A DNA stretch of 63,080 nucleotides, filler included, from Chiloscyllium plagiosum (taxonomy: Eukaryota): assembly GCF_004010195.1 (NCBI RefSeq). It is 4 parts of one record of this genome, joined end to end, with 100 filler letters (N's around TTAATTAATTAA, not from the genome) between each part and the next. Parts side by side here need not be neighbours in the genome. Positions count along the whole stretch, not along the records: positions 1 to 27,390 come from NC_057711.1; 3 more parts are not named here. One strand, given 5' to 3'. Both the position numbers and the translations under genes were made by a program. Of the stretch, positions 12,249-24,300 are shown piece by piece (position 1 is the first letter of the stretch; each line of letters begins with the position of its first letter). The notes beneath the pieces are model-generated. The model was not told the DNA's origin and ran no database searches. It saw only the letters and a program-made list of their open reading frames with translations.

Positions 12249-12864
12249 AGAATGACTAACACAAGGAAGAGACTGAGAGGTTCTAGAACAATGGGAATGG
12301 ATGGAAATGGTGGCAAGCTGCTGTCATCACCACTCTGTAGCTCGAAGTGAACCCACTGGCTTACTCAGACATTCCCAGAGATTGTTTCATGAATTGGGCC
12401 ATGTATTTGGCTCTGGTTGTATTCCTCTCAGCCAGCTCTCTAAACCAGGCAGGCATTGGGTGCCTGACAAACAGCACAGTGTTTGTTCATCACGCTCCCT
12501 CGGTGGAACTTGCTGCTATGTCTCTTGGTTGTACAATGGGAAGGCTGTCCATGGGATTTCTCATTGGGTGGAACGGGAACAGGATCCTGCCTATTACCCT
12601 AACATGATTTAGTGTTGTTCTGACCACTATTCAGTGAATGGATTAAATCTTTGTTCCTGTATTTGTTGTTATGTAATTCCCATGAAGAAATGTTCATTTG
12701 AGCATTTTCTTTTTTCTACCTAAAAACATAATTTATTTTTAAAAGGTATACAACTGACTAAAGTTCAAACTAACTTCTCAAAAAAAAACCAAATTAATCA
12801 TCTAAGGAAAAAAAATGTGTATATGAAAAGTAAAAGCAGAATATTATGCCAATATACTATAGCA

Positions 12865-13200
12865 TCATAGAATCCGTGCCATGTGGAAAGAGGCTATTCG
12901 GCCCATTGAGTCTGCACCGACCCTCCGAACTGAGTCCCACCCAGACTCAGTCCACCATATCCCCATATTTACCATGTATAATTCACCTAGCCTACATATC
13001 CCTTAACCTTATGGGCAGTTTAGCACAGCCAATCCACCTAACCTGCACATCTTTGGACTGAGAGGGGAAAGTGGAGCACCTAGAGGAAACTATCGCAGAC
13101 ACTGGGAGAATGTGCAAACTCCACGCAGATAGTCGCCCGAGGCTGGAAGCAAATCTGGGTCCCTGGCACTGTGAAGTGCTAACCACAGCCAGTGTGCGGC
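12865..13200 (-). mobile_element. HE1-type tRNA-derived SINE (diverged)
   Basis: Homologous to 18007-18326 (ctgcacatctttggactg...aaactccac...gtgctaaccac). Confidence 0.85.
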
Positions 13201-13796
13201 CCAAGGTTACTCGGCCACCACCTCCCCACATCGATCACCATTTTATGAAATGGGCAAACAGCAAATTTAGGATTCAAATGATGCAAAAATCTCATGCCAT
13301 GGCATTAATAATTGGGTAACTGTATTAATTTTAAATGAACATTAAATTTGCCCTCAGAAGCTGAAGAGCATCATCTTGTGCCCTCCTTGTGGTGTGTTTG
13401 ATAGTAGTAGGGGCGTCTAATGGTAGGTGACAGAAGGGTCCCCTTCCCAATCTCCTCTCCAAATATTTTTGTGGCAGGAAGCTGCATGGACAGCCAACCA
13501 ACCAGCAGTGAGTAGGGGGCTTGCCACACCAGTAGCTCAGTGAACAAACCCTGTGCTGTTGGCTTATGGGCTCCTGAGGGTGGCTGTTGTTGTCTGATTA
13601 AAAGACCTGGTTGAGGGAAGGATAGCAGGAGCCAAGTCCGTGGCATGACACATGGCTCAGTTGCATGAGGTGAGGAGATGGAATGACAGCACGGAGGGTT
13701 GGAGAGCAACATTGATGGGAGAGTTCTTTCATAATGGGAATTGATGGATGTTCCTGCGGCTGCGTGCTTGACATCGTGATTGTATGTTGCCTATTA

Positions 13797-13897
13797 ACAA
13801 AGTGCTGCAGAAACTCAGCAGGTCTGGCAGCATCTGTGGAGAGAGAAACAGAGTTAATGTTCTGAGTCTGATAGGACTACTTCAGAGTTCTGAAGAA
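13797..13897 (-). mobile_element. Degraded short element related to hammerhead family C
   Basis: gctgcagaaactcagcaggtctggcagcatctgtggagagagaaacagagttaatg, similar to 33480-33576 and to the reverse complement of 27601-27700. Confidence 0.6.
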
Positions 13898-14650
13898 ACT
13901 TCTTTGAGAAAGGGATGTGGAAGATCTATCAGAAAGAGATTGTAGAGACTGCATGGAGTGTACTTGGAGGAAGGGTTTTTAAGGTTACCGGGAAAGAATC
14001 CATCTGAATTAGAAATTTAGTGATGTAAAGGATCTGAGGTAAGGGAGAATGATTTTTATTTTGGAGGGTTGTGAACCTTTGAAATTCTTTGCTACGGAGG
14101 GTAGTTGAAGCTCAGTCTTTGAGTATGTTCAAGGGGAGATAGGTAGGTTTCTGTCGTAGACGGGGTTATGAGAGTGGGGTGAGAGAAAGGCATTGCAGTG
14201 TTCAGTTAGCCATGTGATATTGAATGGAGGGGCAGGCTTGATGGGCAGAATGGCTTACACCTGTCCCTACGTTCCTGTGATCTGATTGGTCTGGCAGGGA
14301 TAGGAATGATCTAATTGGTCTGGAAGGGATAGGATTTTATTTTCTGTTCGAAGCTATTCTGACAGAAGGGTGTTATTTTTCTGTTTTTAGTGAGATGACA
14401 AAAAAAAGGAAATGCTGAAATTCTGAAAATTACTAGACTGTGAGTAAGGTTGATGTTGTAACATTATGATCTCTTTCAGACTGAATTACTTGTTCGCCAA
14501 GCATTGCCAGGTGCTTCTTCAATCCTTTCCGAAGGTGAGAATTGCAAATTGTTACAAACTATGGGAAGTTGGATATCCCTCAGTATTTTGTTGTGCTCTT
14601 TTTAGTGAAATGAACAATGTATGGCAGAGTTTATTCTATCTCCATAATTG

Positions 14651-14925
14651 GGGTTTGTTAGCTCAGTAGGCTGGATTGCTTGTTTGTGATGTACAGCGAT
14701 TAGGAGAAAGTGAGGACTGCAGATCAAGTGTGGCGATGGAGAAGCACAGCAAGTTAGGCAACGTCCGAGGAGCAGGAGAGTCAATGTTTCGGGCATAAGC
14801 CTTTCGTCAGCAATGTGATGCCAACAGTGCAGGTTCAATTCCCAGAGCACTGCCTGAGGTCACCATGAAGAACCACCCTTGCCTGATGCATAGTGACCCT
14901 CACATTAAACAGCCATCTCTCTCTC

Positions 14926-14969
<44 letters not shown>

Positions 14970-15022
14970 CGTTATGAGAGAGTAGCTGTATGGTCCCTTG
15001 GGATTTTGGCTACTTTCACCTA
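14651..15022 (+). mobile_element. tRNA-derived SINE (1956-2176 family) with an expanded (CT)n at about 14916-14966 and a nested family B insertion at about 14703-14812
   Basis: Head gttagctcagtaggctgg; B-box-like ggttcaattccc at about 14832; nested minus-strand ctgacgaaaggcttatgcccgaaacattg. Confidence 0.75.
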
Positions 15023-15357
15023 TTTCCATAAAGACCAAGAATATTTTATTTTAGAAAAAGTACTTCCCTGTGACTGGGGGAAAGAATTGCCCAACAAAGT
15101 TTAATATTTTATGACTTAACTGTATTTATCTTGTCACAGTAATCAGAATCTCTGCATTATTTAATAGCTAGCTAATATACCTTAGAGACTATAGAAAGGT
15201 ATTTCCTCCATAACTAACTCAACCAAAAAGACTTTATGATCCATTAATATGTCAAACTGCACTATCCGTACGTATGTAGTCTTAATCTCAAGTCCCACAC
15301 TCCTCCAAACTTTTCAACAGCCTTCTTTCTCAGAGCAAGCCTTTCAATGACCTTTGA

Positions 15358-15836
15358 GGAAAAAGTGAGGTCTGCAGATGCTGGAGATCAGAGCTGGAAA
15401 TGTGTTGCTGGAAAAGCGCAGCAGGTCAGGCAGCATCCAGGGAACAGGAGAATCGACGTTTCGGGCATAAGCCCTTCTTCAGGAATGAGGAAAGTTGGAT
15501 TCCTGAAGAAGGGCTTATGCCCGAAACGTCGATTCTCCTGTTCCCTGGATGCTGCCTGACCTGCTGCGCTTTTCCAGCAACACATTTNNNNNNNNNNNNN
15601 NNNNNNNNNNNNNNNNNNNNNNNNNNNNNNGTCTGACCTATCACCCTCACCTTGACCTCTTTCCACCTATCACATTTCCGATGCCCCTCCCCCAACTCCC
15701 TCCTCCCTACCTTTTATCTTAGCCTGCTGGACAAACTTTCCTCATTCCTGAAGAAGGGCTTATGCCCGAAACGTCGATTCTCCTGTTCCCTGGATGCTGC
15801 CTGACCTGCTGCGCTTTTCCAGCAACACATTTCCAG
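15358..15836. mobile_element. PLE-type insertion with one inverted and two direct hammerhead-bearing termini (family B) and a 17-bp TSD
   Basis: TSD ctttcaatgacctttga at 15341-15357 and 15837-15853; motif UC-CUGAAGA-A-GGGC-UUAU-GCCC-GAAA-CGUC-GA at 15453-15484 (-), 15501-15532 (+) and 15746-15777 (+). Confidence 0.85.
15588..15630. other. Assembly gap (43 N)
   Basis: N run. Confidence 1.
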
Positions 15837-17598
15837 CTTTCAATGACCTTTGAAAGTCCCCTCAATCAGTCTTCTGAGAATCCTCAGACTGACCTCCAGT
15901 TATTGAGCCTTTGTTAAGCAGCAACTTCTTTCATCCTTAAGTCACCAAACATCCTGTCTCCAATAGTAAAACAGTTTTTTCCTCAGCAGCCTCCTGTCTT
16001 CCACTGCTTAACACAGCAGTGACTGTTTGGCTTCTACTTTCTAAACAGAAAATTGAGATTCTAAAGATTTGGGGTTCTGGAAAATCCATGAATTGATACT
16101 ATTTAAGCTGGATTAAAATGACTGTTACTTACTTCATTGGCTTTGTTGGGGTCAGAATACTTTGAGATTTAGTCCATGGCATTATAAATGGGAGCAATAA
16201 ACAAAATATATTAGCGGTTCACAATCTAGACAAATCTCTATATTGACACTAGATGGGAAAGCAAATTTTATTGCCAGTAGAGCATTTTGCTGTTAGTATT
16301 CTGGCATTGAATAATGCATTTGCTACTTCCATTCCAGGTGAATATTGGCATGCTTATAATACATTTTTCCATTGCAGTGGTTGATGCATTTTGAAATTAT
16401 TTATTGGTGTGATGGTGTATTGAAACTTCAGTCTCTGTGTGGACAAGATATTTGAGTTGAACCATTTTTGGCTCATTTGCCCACTCATTCGAAGTTCACT
16501 CCATCGTCATTGTGAATTAGTCCCACCTTCCCCTGGCCCTCCTTCAAGGTTAGGCCTCCCATGAACATCTAATCAATGATACAGCTGTTTGTGTGCTCTT
16601 CCTGGCTCCCATGCTGGATCCCATTGTTAATGGTTGCCTTTCCTCTTGCAGAAACTCTCTCTCCCTTTAATCAACAACATCCACCATCTCTTCTATCCTT
16701 TTTTTAATTGACTCTTCCAATTCTTGCATCTCGAAGTATATTGCAATCCTCATTTGGCTCAATACATAGCATCACTCCAGTCTTGCTCAAAATGAGCATA
16801 ACCCTCATATGGAGATGAGAATAACTCTGCATTAACGTACTGCTGAGATTAGAGTTAAGGTGGCTTAAAGACACTGAACTGTGAAGAAACGCAGAGCTTT
16901 CCAAAGCCTTGTATGTAAGTGTCCCACTTTGAGAACCTTTGATGGGAAAGCTTTACTTACTGATGTGCTATTAAAGTAAAACCAGACAGTTTTCAGGTTT
17001 ACTTTGCTCAGTTGCTGGAACTGTTGCAATAGTTGTGAACAGTTAGGGGAACACTTATGGGGACTGTCATGGCCGCAGTTGCGGGTGACTGCAATGACCG
17101 CAGTCGCCATCACTGTTGCTGGAACCTTTGCCATCGCTGTTACAGGAACCATTGCGGTCGCAGTTGCAGCAACTGTTGCCGTGGCAGTTGCGTGAACCGT
17201 TGCGGGAACATGTTGCCGTAGCTTTTGCAGGAACTGTTGTGGGAAAATATTGCGGTCGCAGTTGGGGAACTGTTCCTGGAAAATGTTGCCGTAGCAGTTG
17301 GGGGAACAGCTGCTGTAGCGGTTGCCGTAGCAGTTGTGGGAACTGTTGGTGGAACTGTTGCCATAGCAGTTGCTGTACCAGTTTCAGGAACCGTTGTGGT
17401 ACCAGTTGCCAGAACTATTGGGGGAACATATTGTCATGGTTGTTTCGGGAACTGTTCCCGTAGCAGTTGCAGAGGCTGTTGTGGGAAATGTTGCCGTAGC
17501 AGTTGGGGAACTTTTGCCGAAGCAGTTGCGAACTGTTGCCGTAGCTGTAGCTGTTGCCGTAGCAGTTGGGAACTGTTGGGGGAAATGTTGCCATAGGT

Positions 17599-17903
17599 GA
17601 TTAGATTAGATTCCCCACAGTGTGGAAACAGGCCCTTAGGCCCAACAAGTCCACACCGACCCTCCGAAGAGTAACCCACACAGACCCATTTCCCTCTGAC
17701 TAATACACATAACACTAAGGCCAATTCACCTGACCTGCACATCTTTGGACTGTGGGAGTAAACCAGAGCACCTGGAGGAAACCCACGCAGACACTGGGAG
17801 AATTGTGCAAACTCCACACAGACAGTCGCCCGAGGCTGGAATCTAACCCGGGTACCTGGTGCTGTGAGGCTGCAGTGCTAACCACTGAGTCACTGTGCCA
17901 CCC
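17599..17903 (-). mobile_element. HE1-type SINE inserted in the satellite
   Basis: Homologous to 18007-18326; (aatct)n tail; tag on both sides within an otherwise intact ccatagctgttg satellite unit. Confidence 0.9.
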
Positions 17904-18006
17904 TAGCTGTTGTGGGAACTGTTGCTGTAGCTGTTGCGAGAGCAGTTGGGTACTCTTTGGGACCCGTTGCTGGAGCAGTTGGGAACTGTTGCGGAAACTG
18001 TCGCAG

Positions 18007-18326
18007 TAGATTAGATTTTAGATTAGATTACAGTGTGGAAACAGGCCCTTCGGCCCAACAAGTCCACACCGACCCGCCGAAGCGAAACCCACCCATACCC
18101 CTACATTTACCCCTTACCTAACACTACGGGCAATTTAGTATGGCCAATTCACCTGACCCTGCACATCTTTGGACTGTGGGAGGAAACCGGAGCACCCGGA
18201 GGAAACCCACGCAGACACGGGGAGAACGTGCAAACTCCACACAGTCAGTCGCCTGAGGCGGGAATTGAACCCGGGTCTCTGGCGCTGTGAGGCAGCAGTG
18301 CTAACCACTGTGCCACCGTGCCGCCC
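18007..18326 (-). mobile_element. Full-length, young-looking HE1-type SINE
   Basis: Minus strand gggcggcacggtggcacagtggttagc (A box), gggttcaattccc (B box), central gtgtctgcgtgggtttcctccgggtgctccggtttcctcccacag domain, LINE-like tail gggcctgtttccacactgt and (aatct)n; CpGs retained. Confidence 0.92.
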
Positions 18327-21300
18327 ACAACACTTCCCAACTGCTACAGCAACAGTTCCCATGACAGTATCCAACTGCTACGGCAACAGTTCCCAACTGC
18401 TACGGCAACAGCTGTTGCAGGAACTGTTGCCATAGCAGTTGCAATGTGTTGCATTAGCTGTTGCAGGAACTACGGCAACAGATCCCGCAACATTTCCTGC
18501 AACAGCTATGGCAACAGTTCCCAACAGTAGTAGTTGCGCAAACTGTTGCGGGAACTGGTATGGTAGCAGTTGTTGGAACTGTTGCCGTAGCTGTTGGAAC
18601 TTTTGGGGGAACTGTTGCCATAGTAGTTGTGGGAAAATGTTGCCATAGCAGTTGAGAAAATATTGCTGTAACAGTTGTGAACTGTTGCCATAGTAGTTGG
18701 GGGAACCGTTGTGGAAACTGTTTCCGTGGCAGTTGTGGAGACTGCTGGGGGAACGGTTGCCATATCAGTTGCGGTAGCAGTTGGGAACTGTTGCCTTAGC
18801 TGTTGTGGGGAAATTTTGCGGTAGCATTTGCGGGAAAATGTTGCAAGAACTGCTGCTAAAGCATTTGGGAGCTGTTGCCGTAGCCTTTAGGAACTATTGT
18901 GGGAACTGTTGCCAGGTGTTGGGAACTGTTGCCCCAGCAATTGGGAACAGTTGTGGGAGCAGTTGCGGGAACTGTTGCCGTCGCAGTTCTGAACTGTTGC
19001 CGTAGCGGTTGGGAACTGTTGCCATAGCTGTTGCAGGAAATGTTGCGGGATCTGTTGCCGTAGTTCCTGCAACAGCTAATGCAACACATTGCAACTGCTA
19101 TGGCAACAGTTCCTGCAACAGCTGTTGCCGTAGCAGTTGGGAACTGTTGCCGTAGCAGTTGGATACTGTCATGGGAACTGTTGCTGTAGCAGTTGGGAAG
19201 TGTTGTGGGAGCTGTTGCCGTAGCTGTTGGATACTGTTGCCGTAGCTGTTGGATACTGTTGCCGTAGCTGTTGGATACTGTTGCCATAGCTGTTGGATAC
19301 TGTTGCCATAGCTGTTGGATACTGTTGCCGTAGCTGTTGGAAACTGTTGCCGTAGCTGTTGGAAATTGTTGCCATAGCTGTTGGGAGCTGTTGCGGGAAC
19401 TGTTGCTGTAGCTGTTGGGAACTGTTGCTGTAGCTGTTGGGAACTGTTGCGGGAATTGTTGGTGTAGCTGTTGGGAATTGTTGGTGTAGCTGTTGGGAAT
19501 TGTTGCTGTAGCTGTTGGGGACTGTTGGTGTAGCTGTTGGGGACTGTTGGGTAGCTGTTGGGGACTGTTGCTGTAGCTGTTGGGGACTGTTGCTGTAGCT
19601 GTTGGGGACTGTTGCAGGAACTGTTGGGGACTGTTGCAGGAACTGTTGCTGTAGCTGTTGGGAACTGTTGCTGTAGCTGTTGGGAACTGTTGCTGTAAAA
19701 TTGGGAACTGTTGCCGTAGCTGTTGCAGGAAAGTGTTGCGGGAACTGGTGCGGGAACCGATGTGGGAACCGATGTGGGAAAATGTTGCAGTCGCAGTTGG
19801 AAACTGTTGCTGTAGCTGTTGGGATCTGTTGTGGGAACTGTTGCCCTAGCAATTGGGAGCTGTTGGGGAAAATGTTGCGGGAACTGTTGTGGGAAAATGT
19901 TGCCGTAGCAATTCTGAACTGTTGGGGGAACTGTTGCCCTAGCAATTGGGAGCTCTTGGGGAAAATGTTGTGGGAACTGTTGCTGTAGCTGTTGGGATCT
20001 GTTGCGGGAACTGTTGCCGTACCTGTTGCGGGAACCGATGTGGGAAAATGTTGCAGTAGTAGTTGTGAACTGTTGCGGGAAAATGTTGCGGAACTGTTGC
20101 CATAGCAGTTGGGAAGTGTTGCAGGAACTGTTGCTGTAGCTGTTGCAGGTACTGTTGTGGGAAAATGTTACCGTAGTGATTGGGAACTTTTGCAGGAATT
20201 GTTGCCGGAGCAGTTGGGAATTGTTGTTCAAGCTGTTGCCGTAGCTGTTGTGGGAAAATGTTGCGTTAGCAGTTGGGAACTGTTGCCAGGTGTTGGGAAC
20301 TGTTGCGGGAACTGTTGCCCTAGCAATTGGGGGAAAATGTTGCGGGAACTGTTGCTGTACAAGTTGGGATCTGTTGCGGGAACTGTTGCTGTAGAATTTG
20401 GGATCTGTTGCGGGAACTGTTGCCATAGCTGTTGCGGGAACTGTTGTGTGAAAATGTTGCCGTAGCAATTCTGAACTGTTGTGGGAAAATGTTGCCGTAG
20501 CAGTTGGAAATTGTTGTAGGAACTGTTGCCGGTGCAGTTGGTAACTGTTGTTCAAGCTGTTGCCGTAGCTGTTGCGGGAAAATGTTGCGTTAGCAGTTGG
20601 GAACTGTTGCCAGGTGTTGGGAACTGTTGCCCTAGGAATTGGGAGCTGTTGGGGAAAATGTTGTGGGAACTGTTGCTGCAGCTGTTGGGAACTGTTGTGG
20701 GAATTGTTGCCGTATCTGTTGCGGGAAAATGTTACTGGAACTGTTGCCATAGCTGTTGGGAACTATTGCAGGAAAATGTTGTGGGAACTGTTGCTGTAGC
20801 TGAAAATGTTGCAAGAACTGTTGCTGAAGCAGTTGGGAAGTGTTGCTGAAGCAGTTGGGAAGTGTTGCGGGAACTGTTGCCGTAGCGGTTGGGATCTGTT
20901 GCGAGAACTGTTGCCAAAGCTGTTACGGGAACCGTTGTGGGAAAATGCTGTGGTAACAGTTGTGAACTGTTGCGGGAAAATGTGGGAACTGTTGCCGTAG
21001 CAGTTGGAAAGTGTTGTGGGAACTGTTGTGGGAAAATGTTGCCATAGCACTTGGGAACTGTTGTGGTAGCTGTTGCGGGAATGATTGCCATAACTGCTGT
21101 AGGAGCTGTTGTGGGAAACTGTTACCGTAGCAGTTGGGAACTATTGCGGGAACAGTTGCCATAGCAGTTGGGATCTTTTGAGGGAACTGTTACCATAGCA
21201 GTTGGGATCTGTTGTGGGAACTGTTGCCAGGAGTTGGGAACTATTGCGGGAGCTTTTGGGGAAAAAGTTGCAGGAACTGTTGCTGTAGCAGTTGGGAACT

Positions 21301-24300
21301 GTTGCGGGAACAGTTGCCATAGCACTTGGGAACTGTTGTTCTAGCTGTTGCGGGAATGGTTGCCGTAACTGTTATAGCAACTGTTATAGCAACTGTTGTT
21401 GCTGTAGCAGTTGGGAACTGTTGCGGGAACAGTTGCCATAGCAGTTGGGAATTGTTGTGGGAAAGTGTTGTGGTTGTAGGTGGGAAATGTTGTGGCAACT
21501 GTTGCCCTAGCAATTGGGAAGTGTTGCGGGAACTGTTGTGGGAAAATGTTGCCATAGCACTTGGGAACTGTTGTTCTAGCTGTTGCGGGAATGGTTGCCG
21601 TAACTGTTATAGCAACTGTTATAGCAACTGTTGTGGGAAAATGTTGCGGTAGGAGTTGGGAACTGTTGCCCTAGCAATTGGGAGCTGTTGGGGGAAAAAG
21701 TTGCGGGAACTGTTGCCGTAGCTGTTTGGATCTGTTGTGGAAACTGTTGCCATAGCAGTTGGGAATTGTTGTGGGAACTGTTGCCGTAGCTGTTGGGAAC
21801 TGTTGCGGGAATTGTTGCCGTAGCAGTTGGGAATTGTTGTAGGATCTGTTGCGGTAGCTGTTGTGGGAAAATGTTGTGGTAGTAGTTGGGAAATGTTGCG
21901 GGAACTGTTGCTGTAGCTGTTGCGGGAACTGTTAAGAGAAAATGTTGCGGTTGCAGTTGGGAACTGTTGTGGGAGCAGTTGCCATAGCGGTTGGAAACTG
22001 TTGCCGTAGCAGTTGGGATCTGTTGCAGGAAATATTGCCATGGCTGTTGTCGGAGGTGTTACCGTAGCAGCCGCGAACTGTTGGGGAAATTGTTTCTGTA
22101 GCTATTGCTGGAGATGTTGCTGAAGCAGTTGGGATTTGTTGCTGTAGCTGTTGCAGGAACTGTTGTGGGAAAATGTTGCCGTAGCAGTTGGGAACTGTTG
22201 CATGAACTCTTGCCAGGCATTGGGAACTGTTGTCGGAGCTGTTGCCGTAGCTGTTGGGGTCTGTTGCGGGAATTGTTGCCATAGCTGTTGGGAACTGTTG
22301 TGGGTGTTGCGGTAGCAGTCACGAACTGTTGGGGAATTGTATCCGTAGCTATTGCTGGAGCTGTTGCCGAAGCAGTTAAGAACTGTTACGGAAATTGTTG
22401 CCATACCAGTTGGGAACTGTTGCCGCAGCTGTTGGGAACTGTTGCTGTAGCTGTTGGGAACTGTTGTGGGAAAATGTTGCTGTAGCTGTTGGGAACTGTT
22501 GTGGGAAAATGTTGCCGAAACAGTTTTGAACTGTTGGGGAAACTGTTTCCGTAGCACATGGGAACTGTTGTGGTTGCTGTAGCGGGAACTGTAGCTGTTT
22601 TGGGAAAATGTTGCGGTAGCAGTTGGGAACTGTTAGCAGTTGGGATCTGTTGTAGGAACTATAGCTGTAGCAATTGGGATCTGTTGCGGGAATTATTGCC
22701 GTAGCTGTTGCAGGAACTGTTAAGTGAAAATGTTGCCGTAGCAGTTGGGAACTGTTGCCAGGTGTTGGGGACTGTTGTCGGAGCTGTTGCCGTAGCGGTT
22801 GGATACTGTTGCCGTAGCTGTTGGGAACTGTTGAGGGAACTGTTGCTGTAGCAGTTGGGAACTCTTGCAGGAACTATTGCCGTAGCTGTTGTCGGAGGTG
22901 TTTCCGCAGCAGTCACGAACTGTTGGTGAATTGTTTCCGTAGCTATTGCTGGAGCTATTGCGGAAGCAATTGGGAACTGTTGCAGAAATTGTTGCCATAC
23001 CAGTTGGGAACTGTTGCCGCAGCTGTTGGGAACTGTTGTGGGAAAATGTTGCCAAAGCAGTTTTGAACTGTTGGGGAAACTGTTGCCATAGCATGTGGAA
23101 ACTGTTGTGGTAGCAGTTGTGGGAACTGTTGCAGGAATTGTTGCCGTAGCAGTTGGGAATTGTTGTGGGAACTGTTGCTGTAGCTATTTTGGGGAAAATG
23201 TTGCGGTAGCATTTGGGAAATGTTGCAGGAACTGTTGTGGTAGCAGTAAGGAACCATTGCCGTAGCAGTTGGGATCTGTTGCCGTAGCAGTTGGGATCTA
23301 TTGTGGTAGCTGTTGCAGGAACTGTTGTGGGAAAATGTTGCCATAGCAGTTGGGAACTGTTGCAGGAACTGTTGCCAGGTGTTGGGAACTGTTGCTGTAG
23401 CAGTTGGGAACTGTTGCCGCAGCTGTTGGGAACTGTTGTGGGAAATGTTACCATAGCAGGAGGGAACTGTTACCGTAGCTGTTGCGGGAACTGTTGCCGT
23501 AGCTGTAGGGAACTGTTGCCGTAGCTGTAGGGAACTGTTGTGGGAAAATGTTGCCATACCCAGTTGGGAACTGTTGCCGTAGCTGTTGGGAACTGTTGTG
23601 GGAAAATGTTGCCGTAGCAGTTTTCAACTGTTAGCGAAACTGTTGCCGTAGCACGCGGGAACTGTTGTGGTAGCTCTAGTGGGAACTGTTGCCATCGCTG
23701 TTAGGAACTATTGTGGGAACTGTTGCCGTAGCACGCGGGAACTGTTGTGGTAGCTCTAGCGGGAACTGTTGCCATCGCTGTTAGGAACTATTGCGGGAAC
23801 TGTTGCTGTAGCACCTGGGAACTGTTGCGGCAATTGTTGCCATAGCAGTTGTTGGAACTGTTGCCGCAGCTGTTGAGAACTGGTGCGGGTACTGTTGCTG
23901 TAGCTGTTACGGGAACTGTTGTGGGAAATTGTTGCCGTAGCACGTGGGAACTGTTGTGGTTACTGTAGCGGGAACTGTTGCCGTAGCTGTTGCTGTAGCT
24001 GTTGTGGGAAAATGTTGCGGTAGCAGTTGGGAAATATTGTGGGAACTGTTGCCGTAACAGTTGGGAACTGTTGTGGGAATTGTTGCCGTAGCAGTTTTGA
24101 ACTGTTGGGAAAACTGTTGCCGTGGCAGTTGGGAACTGTTGTTGTAGCTGTTGGGAACTGTTGCCGTAGCTGTTGGGATCTGTTGCGGAAACTGTTGCCG
24201 TAGCTCTTGCAGGAACTGTTGTGGGAAAATGTTGCCATAGCAGTTGTGAACTGTTGCCAGGTGTTGGGAACTGTTGTGGGAGCTACTGCCATAGTGGTTA

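Noticed and set aside
14391..14449. Exon-like segment with ag| and |gtgagt
   Set aside because: Stop codons in all three frames and only 30 nt from the next acceptor.
18240..18326. tRNA gene
   Set aside because: The A and B boxes belong to a SINE head followed by the SINE body and tail; I see no complete cloverleaf.
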